Origin: Coniocarpon cinnabarinum | Taxonomy: Eukaryota | Assembly: GCA_051942205.1 (NCBI GenBank) | Contig: JAVECO010000058.1 | Span: forward strand, 62,001-120,367 | DNA: 58,367 bases | Reading direction: 5' to 3' | Shown here: positions 11,238 to 23,520 of the stretch, piece by piece | How positions within the stretch are numbered: the stretch's first letter is position 1 | Layout of the letters: every line of letters starts with the position of its first letter | Made by a program: the position numbers and the translations under genes | Notes under the pieces: model-generated | The model's database searches: none | What the model was told of the DNA's origin: nothing | Seen by the model: the letters and a program-made list of their open reading frames with translations, nothing else

Positions 11238-13659
11238 ATGAATTCGCCTTTGCATTCACCTTACTCAGATGTTGCAGAAGACTTCAGAGAAGCCATGTCT
11301 GGCCTGCGGGCCAACAACAAGTGGGAGATCGAGAACTTGACTGTCATTGCAAGAGAGAACACCGAAAGCGCAAACGCAATATCGCGAGTCATTGAATCCC
11401 ACATCAAAACGGTATGTCATCAGATGCTTACGCCTGCGTGATCCAAGCCCGCTGCTCTGTCCGCACCCATGATGCACGTGTTGGAGCGAAGTCTCACATG
11501 CTTTGGGGCTGCCGGCCAACCCATCGACAAAGTTGACTCGATGCTCATGCTCTCTATGATCACTCACGCTTCGTCCTTGAACACGCTAATTCTCTCGCAG
11601 ACTGCTCCTCCATACAAGCTCCCCGCACTTTACGTCCTGGATTCCATTGTGAAAAATGTTGGTTCTCCCTATAATATCATACTTGGTCGCAACCTCTTTA
11701 GCATCTTCATGGAAGCCTACAGCCGCGTTGATGATCAAACAAGATCACAAATGCAGTCGATGCTCAAAACATGGATGCAGCCCATTCCCGGCTCCTTGGA
11801 CCCCAAACCCGTTTTCCCCAACAATACCACGAGTGTCATCGACAACGCGTTGAAAGCATCGAGGGCGAATGAGTTTGCCCGTCAGCAGAGACAAACTCAC
11901 GGTCTCCCGGCTCGGCCTCCGGTAGGTGGTCCTTCTTATCCACCATCCTGGGGCACACCTGCAAATGGCACGCCCTTCTCTCCTCCGCCCAATGTTTATG
12001 CCTTCAATGGCTATCCACAAAACGGTTATGCTCAGTATCATGGATATCTTCAGCAACATCAAACAGTAAGTCCACAGACGATGAAGTGTTTCAAGTGCTC
12101 CGCTAAGCTTTTGGTAGCCAACTCCACAGCAACAATACTTTCATCCTCCGGCGCATGGAGCTACTTACCATACACCCACACAGCCCCAGCCTCCCTTTCT
12201 TCCTCCATCTCCGGGGCAAATGCTACCACAACGACCAGCTGATTACGGGAAACTTTACAAAGACGTAGAAGATTTGATTGGCAGCATACATAGGAAGCTG
12301 GCTGTCAGCCCCGCTGATCAGAGTCTCAATGCGCGCCTTAAGGCCATGCTTGAATTGAAGACACTGATACAAACCACATTTCCGGCGCCGAACGAGTGGG
12401 ATAGAATTCGGAGTCAATTGGCGCTTTTGGTGCAACAGGAAAATAGTCCACCTTATAATGCTCCACCGTACACTCATGCAACTCCAACACCTACACAAAA
12501 TCAGCAAGCCGGTATGATGTCAGGGCCGCTCCAACCAGAGTTGCCAAAACCATCTGCCCATTCGTCGTCGCAGCCTTCTTTGGCACAGCTTCTTGCAGGT
12601 CTGCCTGAGCAGCGTGCCCCGACTCCACAAAATAGCCAGCAGCCCGCTGCCCTTCCAGCACATTTGAGCAATGAGGTCTCAACAGGATCGGCGCCTAGTA
12701 GTGCTCATGCTGATACTGGTAACATTATGGAGATGTTACGCAACTCCGGTGTCCTGAGCACGCCAGCTCCAGCCAGTCGACCAACATCAACACAACCCAC
12801 GAATTCTGCATTTCCTCCTCCTAAGGCGCCATCTGACATGATGGGACAAATGACCTCTGGCTCTACAGCACAGCCGCCAACTGATCTAGTTGCTCTTCTT
12901 GCAAGTCTCTCGCAGCCGAATGGTAGCGGCTCGTCCGTGCAACAAGGACCAGTCGTTGAACTTACATCCGCTTCCATCAAGACTGCGCGTCCGGACATGA
13001 TTAACGACCGATTGTACAAGGCTTCGCCATCGCAATGCATGACGTGTGGTCGTCGATTTGCCGCTACTGCCCAAGGAAAAGCACGGAAGGCACGCCATCT
13101 TGACTATCACTTCCGCACCAATCAAAGAGTGGCAGAGAGCGAAGGCAATGGTCGCAGGGGAGTGTGCAGGGCTTGGTATCCGAACGAACATGAGTGGATC
13201 AGGCATAGAGAAATTGATGATGCGGACGAGAACGCGGTGGACCGAGAAAAGGTTGCCCAGACTCAGAGCACTGATGGGGATGGGGACTCTCACGGTGTAG
13301 GCGGTGCAGATGGAGAGCGGGCACGAGATAGCATACGTTTCGTACTAGTCCCAGATGCCGGGGCGATTCAAGCCTCTGAAAAAGCCGGTCAGCCTGTGAA
13401 TCTCTGTCCCATCTGCCAGGAGAAGTTTGAAAATCGATGGCACGACGGGGTGCAGGAGTGGGTGTGGATGGATGCCGTGAAGGCCGGACCACATGGCCGA
13501 GTGTATCATGCGAGCTGCTACGACGAGATCCGAAGAGACCAGGAGAAGGCGCAAAAGCGGCGTGTGGAGGAAGCAGTCCCGGCTGTGGTTGGCCGAAAGA
13601 GGAAGATGGAGGAGGAAGTGGGGACACCGCCGACGAAAAGCCCTCGACAGGATGTGTAG
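11238..13659 (+). CDS. PCF11: mRNA cleavage/termination factor Pcf11 (CID plus two zinc fingers); 3 exons
   Basis: CID: EIENLTVIAREN...KLPALYVLDSIVKNVG. ZnF CMTCGRRF...HLDYHF and CPICQEKF...WVWMDAV...YHASC. Introns ~11412-11600 and ~12066-12117. Confidence 0.93.
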
Positions 13660-14482
13660 GGTCGTGAAGGGGCAGAAGACGCATTCCAACCGATTCGTAG
13701 CGGGGCTTTATCCTGGTATTTGATCGCCCAAGACTTGTAGGTATTGTATGATGCACATTGAAACCATCGAACCAGATATCTTTCTCTTTCGTGGAAGTCA
13801 ATGTTCGCGTATAACATACACAACTACCTACTAGAGCCACACCACGGAGTCACGGAGTGCCTACGTAATTGCGATACTGATCGATAGGTGAAGGGGCGAA
13901 ATCGGTACAGGGACGCTTCGTGTCAGGGCGCTGGAATACCCCGCAAACCACCAACGGGACCCCAGAGTCCATCACTCTAGCGCGGGAACGATGAAGCACC
14001 ATGATTGCGTGGGTCCCCTCTCAGCTCAGGGCACACGACCTCATCCACCCTCTCATTTGGCACAGCTGCCGCAGGGGCGGCGTGACGGCTCAGCGCTCGT
14101 CACTCGTCAGTGGTGAGGCTGGCAGCATCAGCTTCGCCTCTACTCCGTACCTCCTTCTGACATGCGTGTCCGGCCGTGTCCCTGCCCTGGTCCGTCGTAA
14201 TCCATGTGACCCCGCCTGGCGAGGCGACCGTCTACCCCTCTCCTTGCTTCCCTCACCTTCCTTTGCTTCCGGTCTTCCCTTTTTCTCCTCTCTTCACTGT
14301 CTTGCGTGCAGTTAAGTCCTCTCATCTCGTGACTTGGTCTCCAACGCTTTGTAGTCCTTCCATCCGCCTCTAGTGCTTGGCTTTGGCAGCTTCAAGCGAG
14401 CTTCTCCATACCCTTATCTTCCTTTGAGTGCACAGTCATCATCTTGAACCCTTAGACCAACAAGGCAAAGCAGCCGTCAATC

Positions 14483-15187
14483 ATGGCCAGTGAAGACGCA
14501 GAGCTCAAAAAGGTCGATTCGGCCATCTCTGATGTTGCTGGCTCTCCCACCGAGGAGAAGAAGATTGGCCATCGACGTGCCAGCAGTAGTGTAACAGGCG
14601 TCTACAACATCCTTGATCTTGGTAAGCTTCATCGTAAGCTGTGTGACTTAGAATAAAGACTGACGAGATCACTAGAAAAGGAGAATAAGGACATCGAAAT
14701 TGCCTCTGAGACTCAAAAGCTGAATTGGTATGTTGCTCTCCTATCAACGAGTTGCTTCTCATGGTCCACATTCTTACGGAACATTTGCAGGAAACTGAAC
14801 ACCTCACCAATGTCGCTCGGCGAGCCGGATACTCTCAAGAAGTACCTATGCACGCCACCAGTGAAGAAGATTGATCTGCATTTCCCGCTGGGGCTGGAGG
14901 TGACTGCAAGGAACATGAAAGGGGTGACGATCAAGGACGCGTTAGATGCCATCCACAAGCAATTCAAGAAGAAGGTCAGTGGACTCGGCAGTTTTCTTTT
15001 CAAGCACACCTTGTAAATGCCCTAATACTAATGAATTTTACAGAAAGATGACGAAATGGAGGACCCTATACTTGCCGGATTCGAGTGGGACCGTGACGAG
15101 TGCTACACGAGATTCGTTGTTCATCAGAAGAAAGAGGGTGCTGCACCGATGTCGAAGAAAGCCAAGAAGAAGGAAGGCTTAGAATAG
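14483..15187 (+). CDS. Conserved hypothetical fungal protein; 4 exons
   Basis: Spliced translation MASEDAELKKVDSAI...HRRASSSVTGVYNILDL/EKENKDIEIASETQKLNW/KLNTSP...KIDLHFPLGLEVTARNMKGVTIKDALDAIHKQFKKK/KDDEMEDPILAGFEWD...KEGLE*, with three canonical introns carrying branch sites. Confidence 0.8.
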
Positions 15188-15999
15188 AATCGACTTGTTC
15201 TCACCTCTGTGCAATTATATTCTGCTCACCCTCCGCTTGCTGGGGTGCTGATTCATTCACCATTATCTTGTGTTACTGCTGCGGCGAACATCAGCTGCAT
15301 ACCAGGGCGTCATTCGCTACGCGTATCCTGCGGCCACAGTTCTCAGGATGCCGTGCCTAAATTTGGTCAATCCCGTGGACCTGTGACAGCAAAGAGGATG
15401 CTGGACTGTAGAATAAGGTTGGGCGGGCGGTCTGAGATCAGATCCTCGCCTTCCTCCGAGCCCCAGACCCTGTCCCCGGTTCGAGAGCCTGTTTCTTATG
15501 TGGTTTTCGCAGGAGGTCTGAACCCTCGATGGACTAACATCATGTATAATATTTTCGACGGGAAATGATTGGTGCTCATCGGTAGCACCGCGTCCTGTTC
15601 AGCGGCTGTCGGCACGAGTACTAGTTGACGCTAGAGAGCAGATCTCAGAGGTGACCAATAGGAGAGGGGCCGTAACGCATGAAACAAGATTAGATGCCGT
15701 GATGATGCACGTCGACGGTCTGGTAGTAGACAGCAGATGTCAAGGGATCATGAGCAAGATCAGGTCGCCCCCTCTTGGCATCTCGCCCACTTGTCGTACT
15801 TAACTCCCAACGTCTTTAGTCGACGCCTGCCCGTCTTCTGTCACCCTCGCCCGTCCCGCGTCTTGGTATTGTCTTCATAGATACGCCAAGTAAAAGCTCA
15901 GGTCGCTGTACCGAGATCATTTCTGTGTCTGAGGGCATGCCTGCAGTATCTTGGCGATAGCATCATTACTATTTCTTCGCGCGACCTTCATCGCAAGCC

Positions 16000-18540
16000 A
16001 TGTCGATCGGCGACAGCATTGCGAACGGCGCATCGCCGCAACAGGTCGATGGGTCGTCACATTCAAAGCAGACAAACGGCTACCCGCATGCCCTGCCTGA
16101 ACGACAGCCTAATGGTGTTGGTGTTGGGCCACAAGTTCTCAGCACCTCCGACAAGATCGAAACACTATGCGGACCTCTGTTAAACTACAAGCGCATGTCC
16201 GATGGAGGTACCCCGAGCGCAAGATGGTACGGCAGCGTGCTCATCGTCACAAAGCCTGGCCAGCGAGACCCCAAACTTATTCTACGACCGATTCAAGACA
16301 GACAGCAAAGACCTTCAACGATACAGAGACCCCCGTCCGCGTTTGACAACTTCGTCGATGCGCCTGAGACAAGCCAACCAGGTCCCATCAGTCCTCCGCA
16401 GCCTCAAGGTTCGTTCGCGCAAGAGGAGCCTGACCAGGCGACCCAGTTCCATGCCGAAAAGCTATATGAAGACCCCAACGTGGAGTTCTGGCGTTTCAAC
16501 ATAGATCTGCCGCTTGCGCCTACAGCCTGCCAATGGCAATACCATATACCCCGCGTCGAGTATTCGTCTGGCGCATCTGCAGAACACCTAGCAACTCGAG
16601 TCTTTCACGTGCCCGCCTACACCGAGTCCATGCGCATCATGTTCCACAGCTGTAATGGTTTCAGCGTGGGCACCGATGAAGACGCTTGGTCAGGATGTGC
16701 GCTTTGGAACGACGTCATGCGACAGCATGCAGAGAATCCCATACATGTTATGATAGGAGGAGGCGATCAGATATACAACGATGGCATTCGTGTGTCAGGC
16801 CCACTCAGGGAGTGGTGCGATATGCGCAACCCGCTTGACAGGCAGAAGTATCCCTTCACAGAAGATCTCCGCGCGCGCTGTGACGAGTATTACCTAAACA
16901 ACTACATCAAGTGGTACGCGACTGAGCCATTTGCCAGCGCCAATGGACAAATTGCGCAAATCAATATTTGGGACGACCACGACATCATAGATGGCTTTGG
17001 ATCTTACGTTGACCGCTTCATGAAGTGCGCTGTCTTCCGTGGCATTGGGGGCGTCGCGCATAAGTACTACATGCTCTTCCAGCATCATGTCCCACCTGCG
17101 TCTACATTTACCACCGATGCGCCTCAGACAACGACCACGGCAGCCGACGACCGAACCGATCCTAAGCAGCTGCAGGCAACATATGTGATGACCGAAAAAG
17201 TCGCAGAATCTCACTACTTGATTGCCAGTCAGCCCGGTCCCTATGTGCAGGAACATTCACGTTCAATATACACCGAACTGGGTGCTCACATCGCCTTGCT
17301 GGGTATTGATGCGCGCACGGAGCGAACGCGGCGCCAGGTCAATTATGATGAGACATACGACTTTCTATTCAATCACACTCTAGAACAGATAAAAGCAACG
17401 GCTGGCCGTATCAAACATTTCATTCTTCTCCTTGGCATTCCAATCGCATATCCGCGTATGCAGTGGCTGGAGAATATCTTCTCGTCACCAGTCATGGGAG
17501 TGGTACGCTTTGCAAACAAGCGATTTGGCTTCGCGGGTGGTCTCTTCAACAACTTCGACGGCAGCATTGATTTGATGGATGACTTGGATGATCATTACAC
17601 GGCGCATCAGCACAAAAAGGAGAGGAAAGAACTGATCTTGCGCTTGCAAAAAGTCGCGAAAGAATGTAACGTGCGAGTCACTATACTTGGTGGAGATGTC
17701 CACCTTGCAGCACACGGTCGCTTCTACAGCAATCCTGGCTTAGGTATACCCGCCGAAAATGACCACAGGTATATGCCGAACATCATCTCCTCAGCAATAA
17801 CCAATCACCCGCCTCCTCAAGCTGTTGCAAATCTATTGGCCAAGAGGAACAAGATTCATCACCTCGACCATGAAACCGACGAGACGCTTCTCTACCTCTT
17901 CGACCACGACCCTGGTCGTGTACCCGGACATGAGGAGCATGATGAGAAAGGCCAGTTGATCAAAGCGCACAGCGCTGCGAGCAACCACTGTACCATGCCC
18001 TCTCGAAATTACGCGTTGCTTGCACTATCCAACCCATCCATCGAACATGTCAATGGCGCTCCGAATGGCTCAGCAAATGGTACTACTAACCGCACTGTCA
18101 ATGGTACAGCAGATGGCTCAGCAGATGGCGCCACTAACGGTGCTGTCAATGGCACACCAGACGGCGCAACGAACGGCAATGCTGATCAACCTCTTTCTGC
18201 CGAGCTTGACGGGAAATTCGACCTCGCAGAGCGCAAACATCACAATCTCTCGCGGAAATCAGGCAATCCCAGACTCGCGCAACATGCAGGTGAAGACGGG
18301 TGCGGAACCGCACACTTGGCAGCATCTGGCTCGACGCCCTCAGGACTGGGCGGTGCCTGGGGTCTGGACGTGACGTATCGCGTCGAAATCAACGAACACG
18401 ATCGCGAGGGCCGAACGCAGGGGTACGGTCTCACGATTCCCGGTCTACACGTGAGAGACAATGAGAAACATGAAGGCGAGGTGGCACGCGGTCTGGACAA
18501 GGCGAAAGACGCTGGACGCGAGGTTGGTCAGAAGGTTTAG
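16000..18540 (+). CDS. PhoD-like metallophosphatase domain protein
   Basis: 846-aa ORF: LCGPLLNY, MFHSCNGFS, HVMIGGGDQIYND, NIWDDHDIIDGFGSY, DARTER, DDLDDHY, LGGDVHLA, IISSAI. Confidence 0.88.
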   Translation: MSIGDSIANGASPQQVDGSSHSKQTNGYPHALPERQPNGVGVGPQVLSTSDKIETLCGPLLNYKRMSDGGTPSARWYGSVLIVTKPGQRDPKLILRPIQDRQQRPSTIQRPPSAFDNFVDAPETSQPGPISPPQPQGSFAQEEPDQATQFHAEKLYEDPNVEFWRFNIDLPLAPTACQWQYHIPRVEYSSGASAEHLATRVFHVPAYTESMRIMFHSCNGFSVGTDEDAWSGCALWNDVMRQHAENPIHVMIGGGDQIYNDGIRVSGPLREWCDMRNPLDRQKYPFTEDLRARCDEYYLNNYIKWYATEPFASANGQIAQINIWDDHDIIDGFGSYVDRFMKCAVFRGIGGVAHKYYMLFQHHVPPASTFTTDAPQTTTTAADDRTDPKQLQATYVMTEKVAESHYLIASQPGPYVQEHSRSIYTELGAHIALLGIDARTERTRRQVNYDETYDFLFNHTLEQIKATAGRIKHFILLLGIPIAYPRMQWLENIFSSPVMGVVRFANKRFGFAGGLFNNFDGSIDLMDDLDDHYTAHQHKKERKELILRLQKVAKECNVRVTILGGDVHLAAHGRFYSNPGLGIPAENDHRYMPNIISSAITNHPPPQAVANLLAKRNKIHHLDHETDETLLYLFDHDPGRVPGHEEHDEKGQLIKAHSAASNHCTMPSRNYALLALSNPSIEHVNGAPNGSANGTTNRTVNGTADGSADGATNGAVNGTPDGATNGNADQPLSAELDGKFDLAERKHHNLSRKSGNPRLAQHAGEDGCGTAHLAASGSTPSGLGGAWGLDVTYRVEINEHDREGRTQGYGLTIPGLHVRDNEKHEGEVARGLDKAKDAGREVGQKV
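18049..18186 (+). repeat. Coding 12-bp-period (N/D)Gxx tetrapeptide repeat in the PhoD-like protein
   Basis: VNGAPNGSANGTTNRTVNGTADGSADGATNGAVNGTPDGATNGNAD. Confidence 0.7.
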
Positions 18541-18955
18541 AGCCCTTTTCAGGCCATTTGGTGCGATTTCAAAGATGAAGGGAAGGCTGCATGGAGGCAG
18601 ATTGTGGATTTTGCCAGCGCTCACAGCACTTGAATTGTAAGAGAGGGACTCCTTGGGAGGAGATTGTTTGATACTGTTAGAGGAAGGCTGTGCACTTATT
18701 TTGTACGTACTCTAGGGAGGCGCTTTTGGTTGGAGCGTTGTGCATGACATGAGATACCCTTCCCGACGAAGTCACAAGGAACTTGGCTCGCTTTTTCGGT
18801 TCCAGATTCGATCGATATACTCGTGTGCTGGGGTATCAGCATGCATTCCTCACCCAAAAATCTCTCGGCCGGTACGGCTTTGCAGATGCCAAGAGAGATA
18901 TCGTAATATCATGGATTCATCCCTGGGTAGCGCTTAGCCCCTGAAAATGTGAAGT

Positions 18956-20112
18956 ATGCACGTACAATTATTCCTCATGTTCATCGCTCTATACATAGGC
19001 TGTTCGGCCTCAGTCTTAGCATCGCCTCTTGTGCCTGGCGACTACACGGCTGGCCCATAAAGAAGAGGTTCCTTGGCTGAAAAGTATGGGATGTTAGTCA
19101 CCTCGTACGAGAATACTTCGCAAAGGGACTCTTCCGCTATGGACTTAGCAGTGCAGCTACCGAGCAGACAAGGGTATGTTTGCTAATTGCTTTGAGAAGA
19201 GTAGGTCGCAGCAATGAAGCACCGCAGGCCTTCTGCTTGGATCTGCGACTACGTCTTTTCCCTCATCATTTTTGCAAAGGGACAAAACGCTCACTCACGG
19301 CAAGGCCATTGAGTTTGACCACATCCGCAAACAACTAGGTGATCTCTTTGCCTTTGCGTGTTTCATGATAAGTTTCAGGTGTGAGTTTGTAACAAAGGCG
19401 AGGTCCGTGCACAAGACGAGATGAAAGAAAGTGTTTCTTCTTCTTTCAAAGATGGCATCAACAAGATGGTTTTGCAAACAGTCCTACGAACAAAGACGTG
19501 TTTGCGTTTGGCTGAGCTCTTGTGCTTGTGTCGTCGGTAAATCGGGCGCTGGCGGTGCTGAGAGAGGAGGAATTGGAGTGGTCGAAAATCCCTCACGGTG
19601 AGTGATTGTGAAACAGGTGTAGCGGTTTGCATAGGAGGTTTGCTTGCAGAGCCAGCCACCATGATTTTCAGGTAGGCCATTGATCAGAACAATAGGATTC
19701 TTGGAAACTATATTTCCCTCCCAAAACACCAGCCCACGTTCATGAGAACTGTCTTCTAGAATAATTTGTCATTGCTAAGTTGCGTCGCTTCTGGTAAGCG
19801 AATAGCATTCAAAACTACCGATCTTACTACTATCGGAGCACTCACCTGGGGACGAGCGTACAAACAACAATTGATTTTCACTATCAAGAGCCTTTGTTCG
19901 AATACAAAGCCGGTCGACCACGACGATTGAGCAACTGTTCTTTGTGTGGACGCCGCGTTCTGAAAGAGGGCTGTGCCTTCGCTACAGGACCTAAACCCCA
20001 CGACTTTGGCGGCTCCAACTACAGGAAGTCTGGATTACAGTACTGGCCGCATCATAACCCGGCCCTTGGCGAGGTGTTAGGGGCTCTCGCCGGTATATTC
20101 ACAGCTTTGTGA
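18956..20112 (+). pseudogene. Probable decayed gene for a secreted protein
   Basis: ATG 18956 gives signal-peptide-like MHVQLFLMFIALYIGCSASVLASPL, a TAA at 19058, then an open frame to a GTATGT donor (~19174). A downstream fragment ...NCSLCGRRVLKEGC...FGGSNYRKSGLQYWP ends at 20112. The middle cannot be assembled into an intact ORF. Confidence 0.35.
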
Positions 20113-20191
20113 TCCGAAATTCTCTCTCGCTAGAGGCTCGCTGTCCAGACTAAAGTCCAGTAAGACTGGAACGCAACGTTGGAACTGCAAA

Positions 20192-22314
20192 ATGAAGCGA
20201 AGAGCCTATCAGGACTCGTTTACTAGGTCTGTAGAGCCTGTGAAGCGGCCACGTGTTATTAAGAATGTACCAAAACTGCTCGGTGGCGGCGACGGCGGCA
20301 ACGACGAAGGAGGCGACATTGCCGGACTCCCGGACAAAAGCGGAGCACATGGTGTACCCTCCAACTCCTCACAGCCTGGTACGCAATGCAATACCAATTC
20401 ACGGCAGCAAGCTTCCCCGACGCCTTTTCTGGAGATTGACGGCAGCAAGCTGGTTAGTGCACGCAAAAGGCATCATTATAAAAGCAAGCTAATTTCGTCA
20501 AGGAATTCATTCTGAACGAATGGCCAGGACCAGAATTGAAGAGTACTCTTGCCAACGGCATGCCGAATCGCTTTTTCGCAAATCTAAAAGTGAAATCACA
20601 GAAGCTCAGGGGTGTCAAGTGCTATCGACGCGCGATGCTGCAGGCGCTAATGCACATTCCGTGTCTTTTGAATTTCCTTCTGATTGCTGGACAGTATTGC
20701 AAGATTCGTCATGGATACCAAGTTGCATGTCACATCTGCAGGATGAGAGATGTGGCTCGTGCAGTCTGGAGCACCTCTAAAGCTTACTCAGATCGACTTA
20801 TCGACGAGTTCGATCACTGGATCGCTACGCATCACTGTATGGAAGACGATGACGAAGAAGTGGCAAAGCTTGAAGACAAGGCAGAAGCGGCAAAGAAGGC
20901 CAATGCCCTCGAGTTAGTTGAGCTAGCTCGATATGATTGTAAATGGATGGCGGGCGGTACTCAGGAAGATGCTGTGCAATTCCTGGAATGGATCACCGAT
21001 CTGCTGATCAAAGATCCGCAGCACGACATCACAGCTAGCGCAATGTTTCAGTCAGAGCTGGCTGTTGAGTTCACATGTCCCCACTGTCAAAAGCGTTGCC
21101 GAAGAGAAAATGCGAGAAGGACAACATTAATATTGGATACGGACCAAGACTATGGCGAAGACTTTTCAAGATACCTCAATCATTTCTTTCATGAGGAAGC
21201 TATCACTAACGGAAAGTGCACCAATGCGGATTGCAAGTTTTCCGAACGGTTCCAGAACGTCAAACAAAATCAAAAATTACTACGCGCTCCACAAATTCTG
21301 TTCATCCAGTTGCAGCGTCATAGCAAGGGAGAGAAACAGCGCAAGTTCATCCGCTATCCAAGGGAGCTTGACCTAACTCAATTCACCAAGACGGGTTTCC
21401 AAGGGGAAGCTAAATACACTCTATCTTCTGTGGTTCGCCACGAGGGGGAGACAATTCAGTCTGGTCATTACACTGCTTATACAGTCGGACGCGAAGGCCA
21501 GGTGATGTACTACGATGATGACTATCGTGAAGCTGTAGCGGAAGAAAGGTTGCTTGCAGTGGACGAAGACTCTGATGCATACATCCTTACTTATCTGGGC
21601 AGTGACATTGTAGCCGCGCCACAGTATACAACAAAGGCACCACCGCCATCACCAGGACCACGTACTCCTTCACCTAGACCAACCCCCAAATCGCCCTCAC
21701 CACAGGCTCTTCAATCACCGGTTCAGCCAAACTTTGGGACTGATCAAGACATTGCGAATACGATAGAAGCGTCATTGACCGACAACAACACAGCTCCCGC
21801 AGTACAAACCTCGGCTAAGCCACAAGACGGTGCTGATAAGAACGTTGCAAATACAGCAGAAGCACTGGCTACTGGAAAAGATACGATGTCCACGGCGCAA
21901 GCTTCGGCTCAGCCGAACACTGCAGCTGGCCAGAATACTGCTAATACGGTAGAAGCACCAGTGTCTAATACAGGCACGACGTCTGCAGCACCAGCCGCCA
22001 GTGGCTCAAATCGCAAGACTGCCGCGAACCGCAAGGCTGCTCAGCCGAGCCGCTCCAGAAATCTCAGACCTCGGGATCCTGTGACTGGAAAGTTCAAGAA
22101 ACGCGGCGACTCTCCTGCCTCCGAACAAGTCGCCTCGGGAAGTAAGAACAAGGTCAACAAAGTCACAAAGCCAGCCACCCGATCCAAGAAGGGCGCAGCG
22201 GCAACCAAGGGTGAGAGCGAACCGGAAAACGATGGCCAGGGGAAAGCGAAGAGTAACAAAGGAAAGGCCGGGACGAAGAGTCGTCCAAATGGTCGGAAAG
22301 GTAAGAAAGAGTGA
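20192..22314 (+). CDS. Ubiquitin-specific protease (peptidase C19) with low-complexity, basic C-terminal tail; 2 exons
   Basis: Cys box GVKCYRRAMLQALMH, QEDAVQFL, CPHC/CTNADC finger, APQILFIQLQR, YPRELDL, His box VVRHEG...GHYTAY...YYDD. Exon 1 MKRRAY...GSKL + GTTAGT...GCTAAT...AAG intron (~20453-20501) joins in frame to EFILNEWPGPELKS. Confidence 0.85.
21706..21984 (+). repeat. Three degenerate 31-aa (93-bp) tandem repeats in the USP tail
   Basis: ALQSPVQPNFGTDQDIANTIEASLTDNNTAP / AVQTSAKPQDGADKNVANTAEALATGKDTMS / TAQASAQPNTAAGQNTANTVEAPVSNTGTTS; ANTxEA is conserved. Confidence 0.8.
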
Positions 22315-22884
22315 AGCCAAGGCGTTATGGTGGTTCTTTGGGTTGCTTCTGGCACTAGTTTTTCTGTCTTGGTATTTGGTTGTTGCGGTTTCCTATCTTC
22401 ATCTCAATTAATCTCGATAACGTGCTATGTACTGCAATCTCCATCACGATCCCAATATTGATAAGGCTTCATATTGAAAACGGTCCCATTTGATATGATT
22501 TACAATCACATGGTAATTGAAGAGATGCAAAACGCAAGCTAAGCTGTGGTCGAGATTTCTGAGCATAGAATAAGGCATGCAGACATCACACGAGCCTCAT
22601 AACATGGCAAACACTTCGCAAACGAGGCAACAGAGATCTTATTGGATGCTTTTACTTGTCAATGAAGCCACATACACGGCCAAAGTCTAATGAAAATGCG
22701 CGTGCAAGGTAGTCATGAGATTCAGCATTGAATTCCTTAGGATAGATATCTCGCTACCGTATGGCAAGATGCGTCCTTTACGCGTGGGCTGTGCAAGCTC
22801 CGCTTTAACTCAATCTGACACTGTCGTGCTTGTCGCATCGCCGTGTGACGTTTTCCATTCTTACTGAGCATCTCTTTTGATTGA

Positions 22885-23091
22885 TCAACGGGCAATCAGC
22901 GTTGTCGCTGCAACTGTCGTAGTGAGAACGCCCGAGTCGAAAACACGTGTCGCTGTCAAGGTCCTCGCTGACTTCGTGGACGTTGTTAGAGGTTTAGCTC
23001 TCGGCTCGGCTTGAGTGAGTATTGCAGAGGCAGCTAGCACAAAGAGGAAGCTGATCAAAGGGGTATTAATCGTCAACGGTGGCATTCTCAT
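22885..23091 (-). CDS. Putative small secreted Thr-rich peptide (~68 aa)
   Basis: MRMPPLTINTPLISFLFVLAASAILTQA-EPRAKPLTTSTKSARTLTATRVFDSGVLTTTVAATTLIAR*: hydrophobic core and plausible cleavage site. Confidence 0.5.
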   Translation of the reverse strand: MRMPPLTINTPLISFLFVLAASAILTQAEPRAKPLTTSTKSARTLTATRVFDSGVLTTTVAATTLIAR

Positions 23092-23520
23092 TTTGACTGC
23101 GCTAGAGTGGAGGTGCTGGGGCAACTTTGAGGGAAACCGAGCTTCAAGGCTGAGTGTGGCGAACACCGAATATTGGGGCGTAGTGAATGGATCGGGTTCG
23201 TTCGCTGTCCCTGAGGTAACGGATGAACGATGGGAGCAAAGAATTCTCCTTTGTCTTGACATTAAGATCTATTGACGTGGGTCTTTGTTAGGACATATCG
23301 GTGATGCAGTCCGCAAACGTCTTGAAAGAAGCAACGACTTGCCTGGATTGACTCATCTTACCTCAGCATCCAACGTTGGATGAGAACCAACAAGATCACA
23401 CGTTCAAAGTCAAGGTCGTCGCCATTACCAAACAGAGTCCACTGACCCGTATCGACTTTCTCTTCACAGCTATACCTTGGCTCGCATCTCGCGCCATCCA
23501 CTATCTCCTAAAAATAGGAG

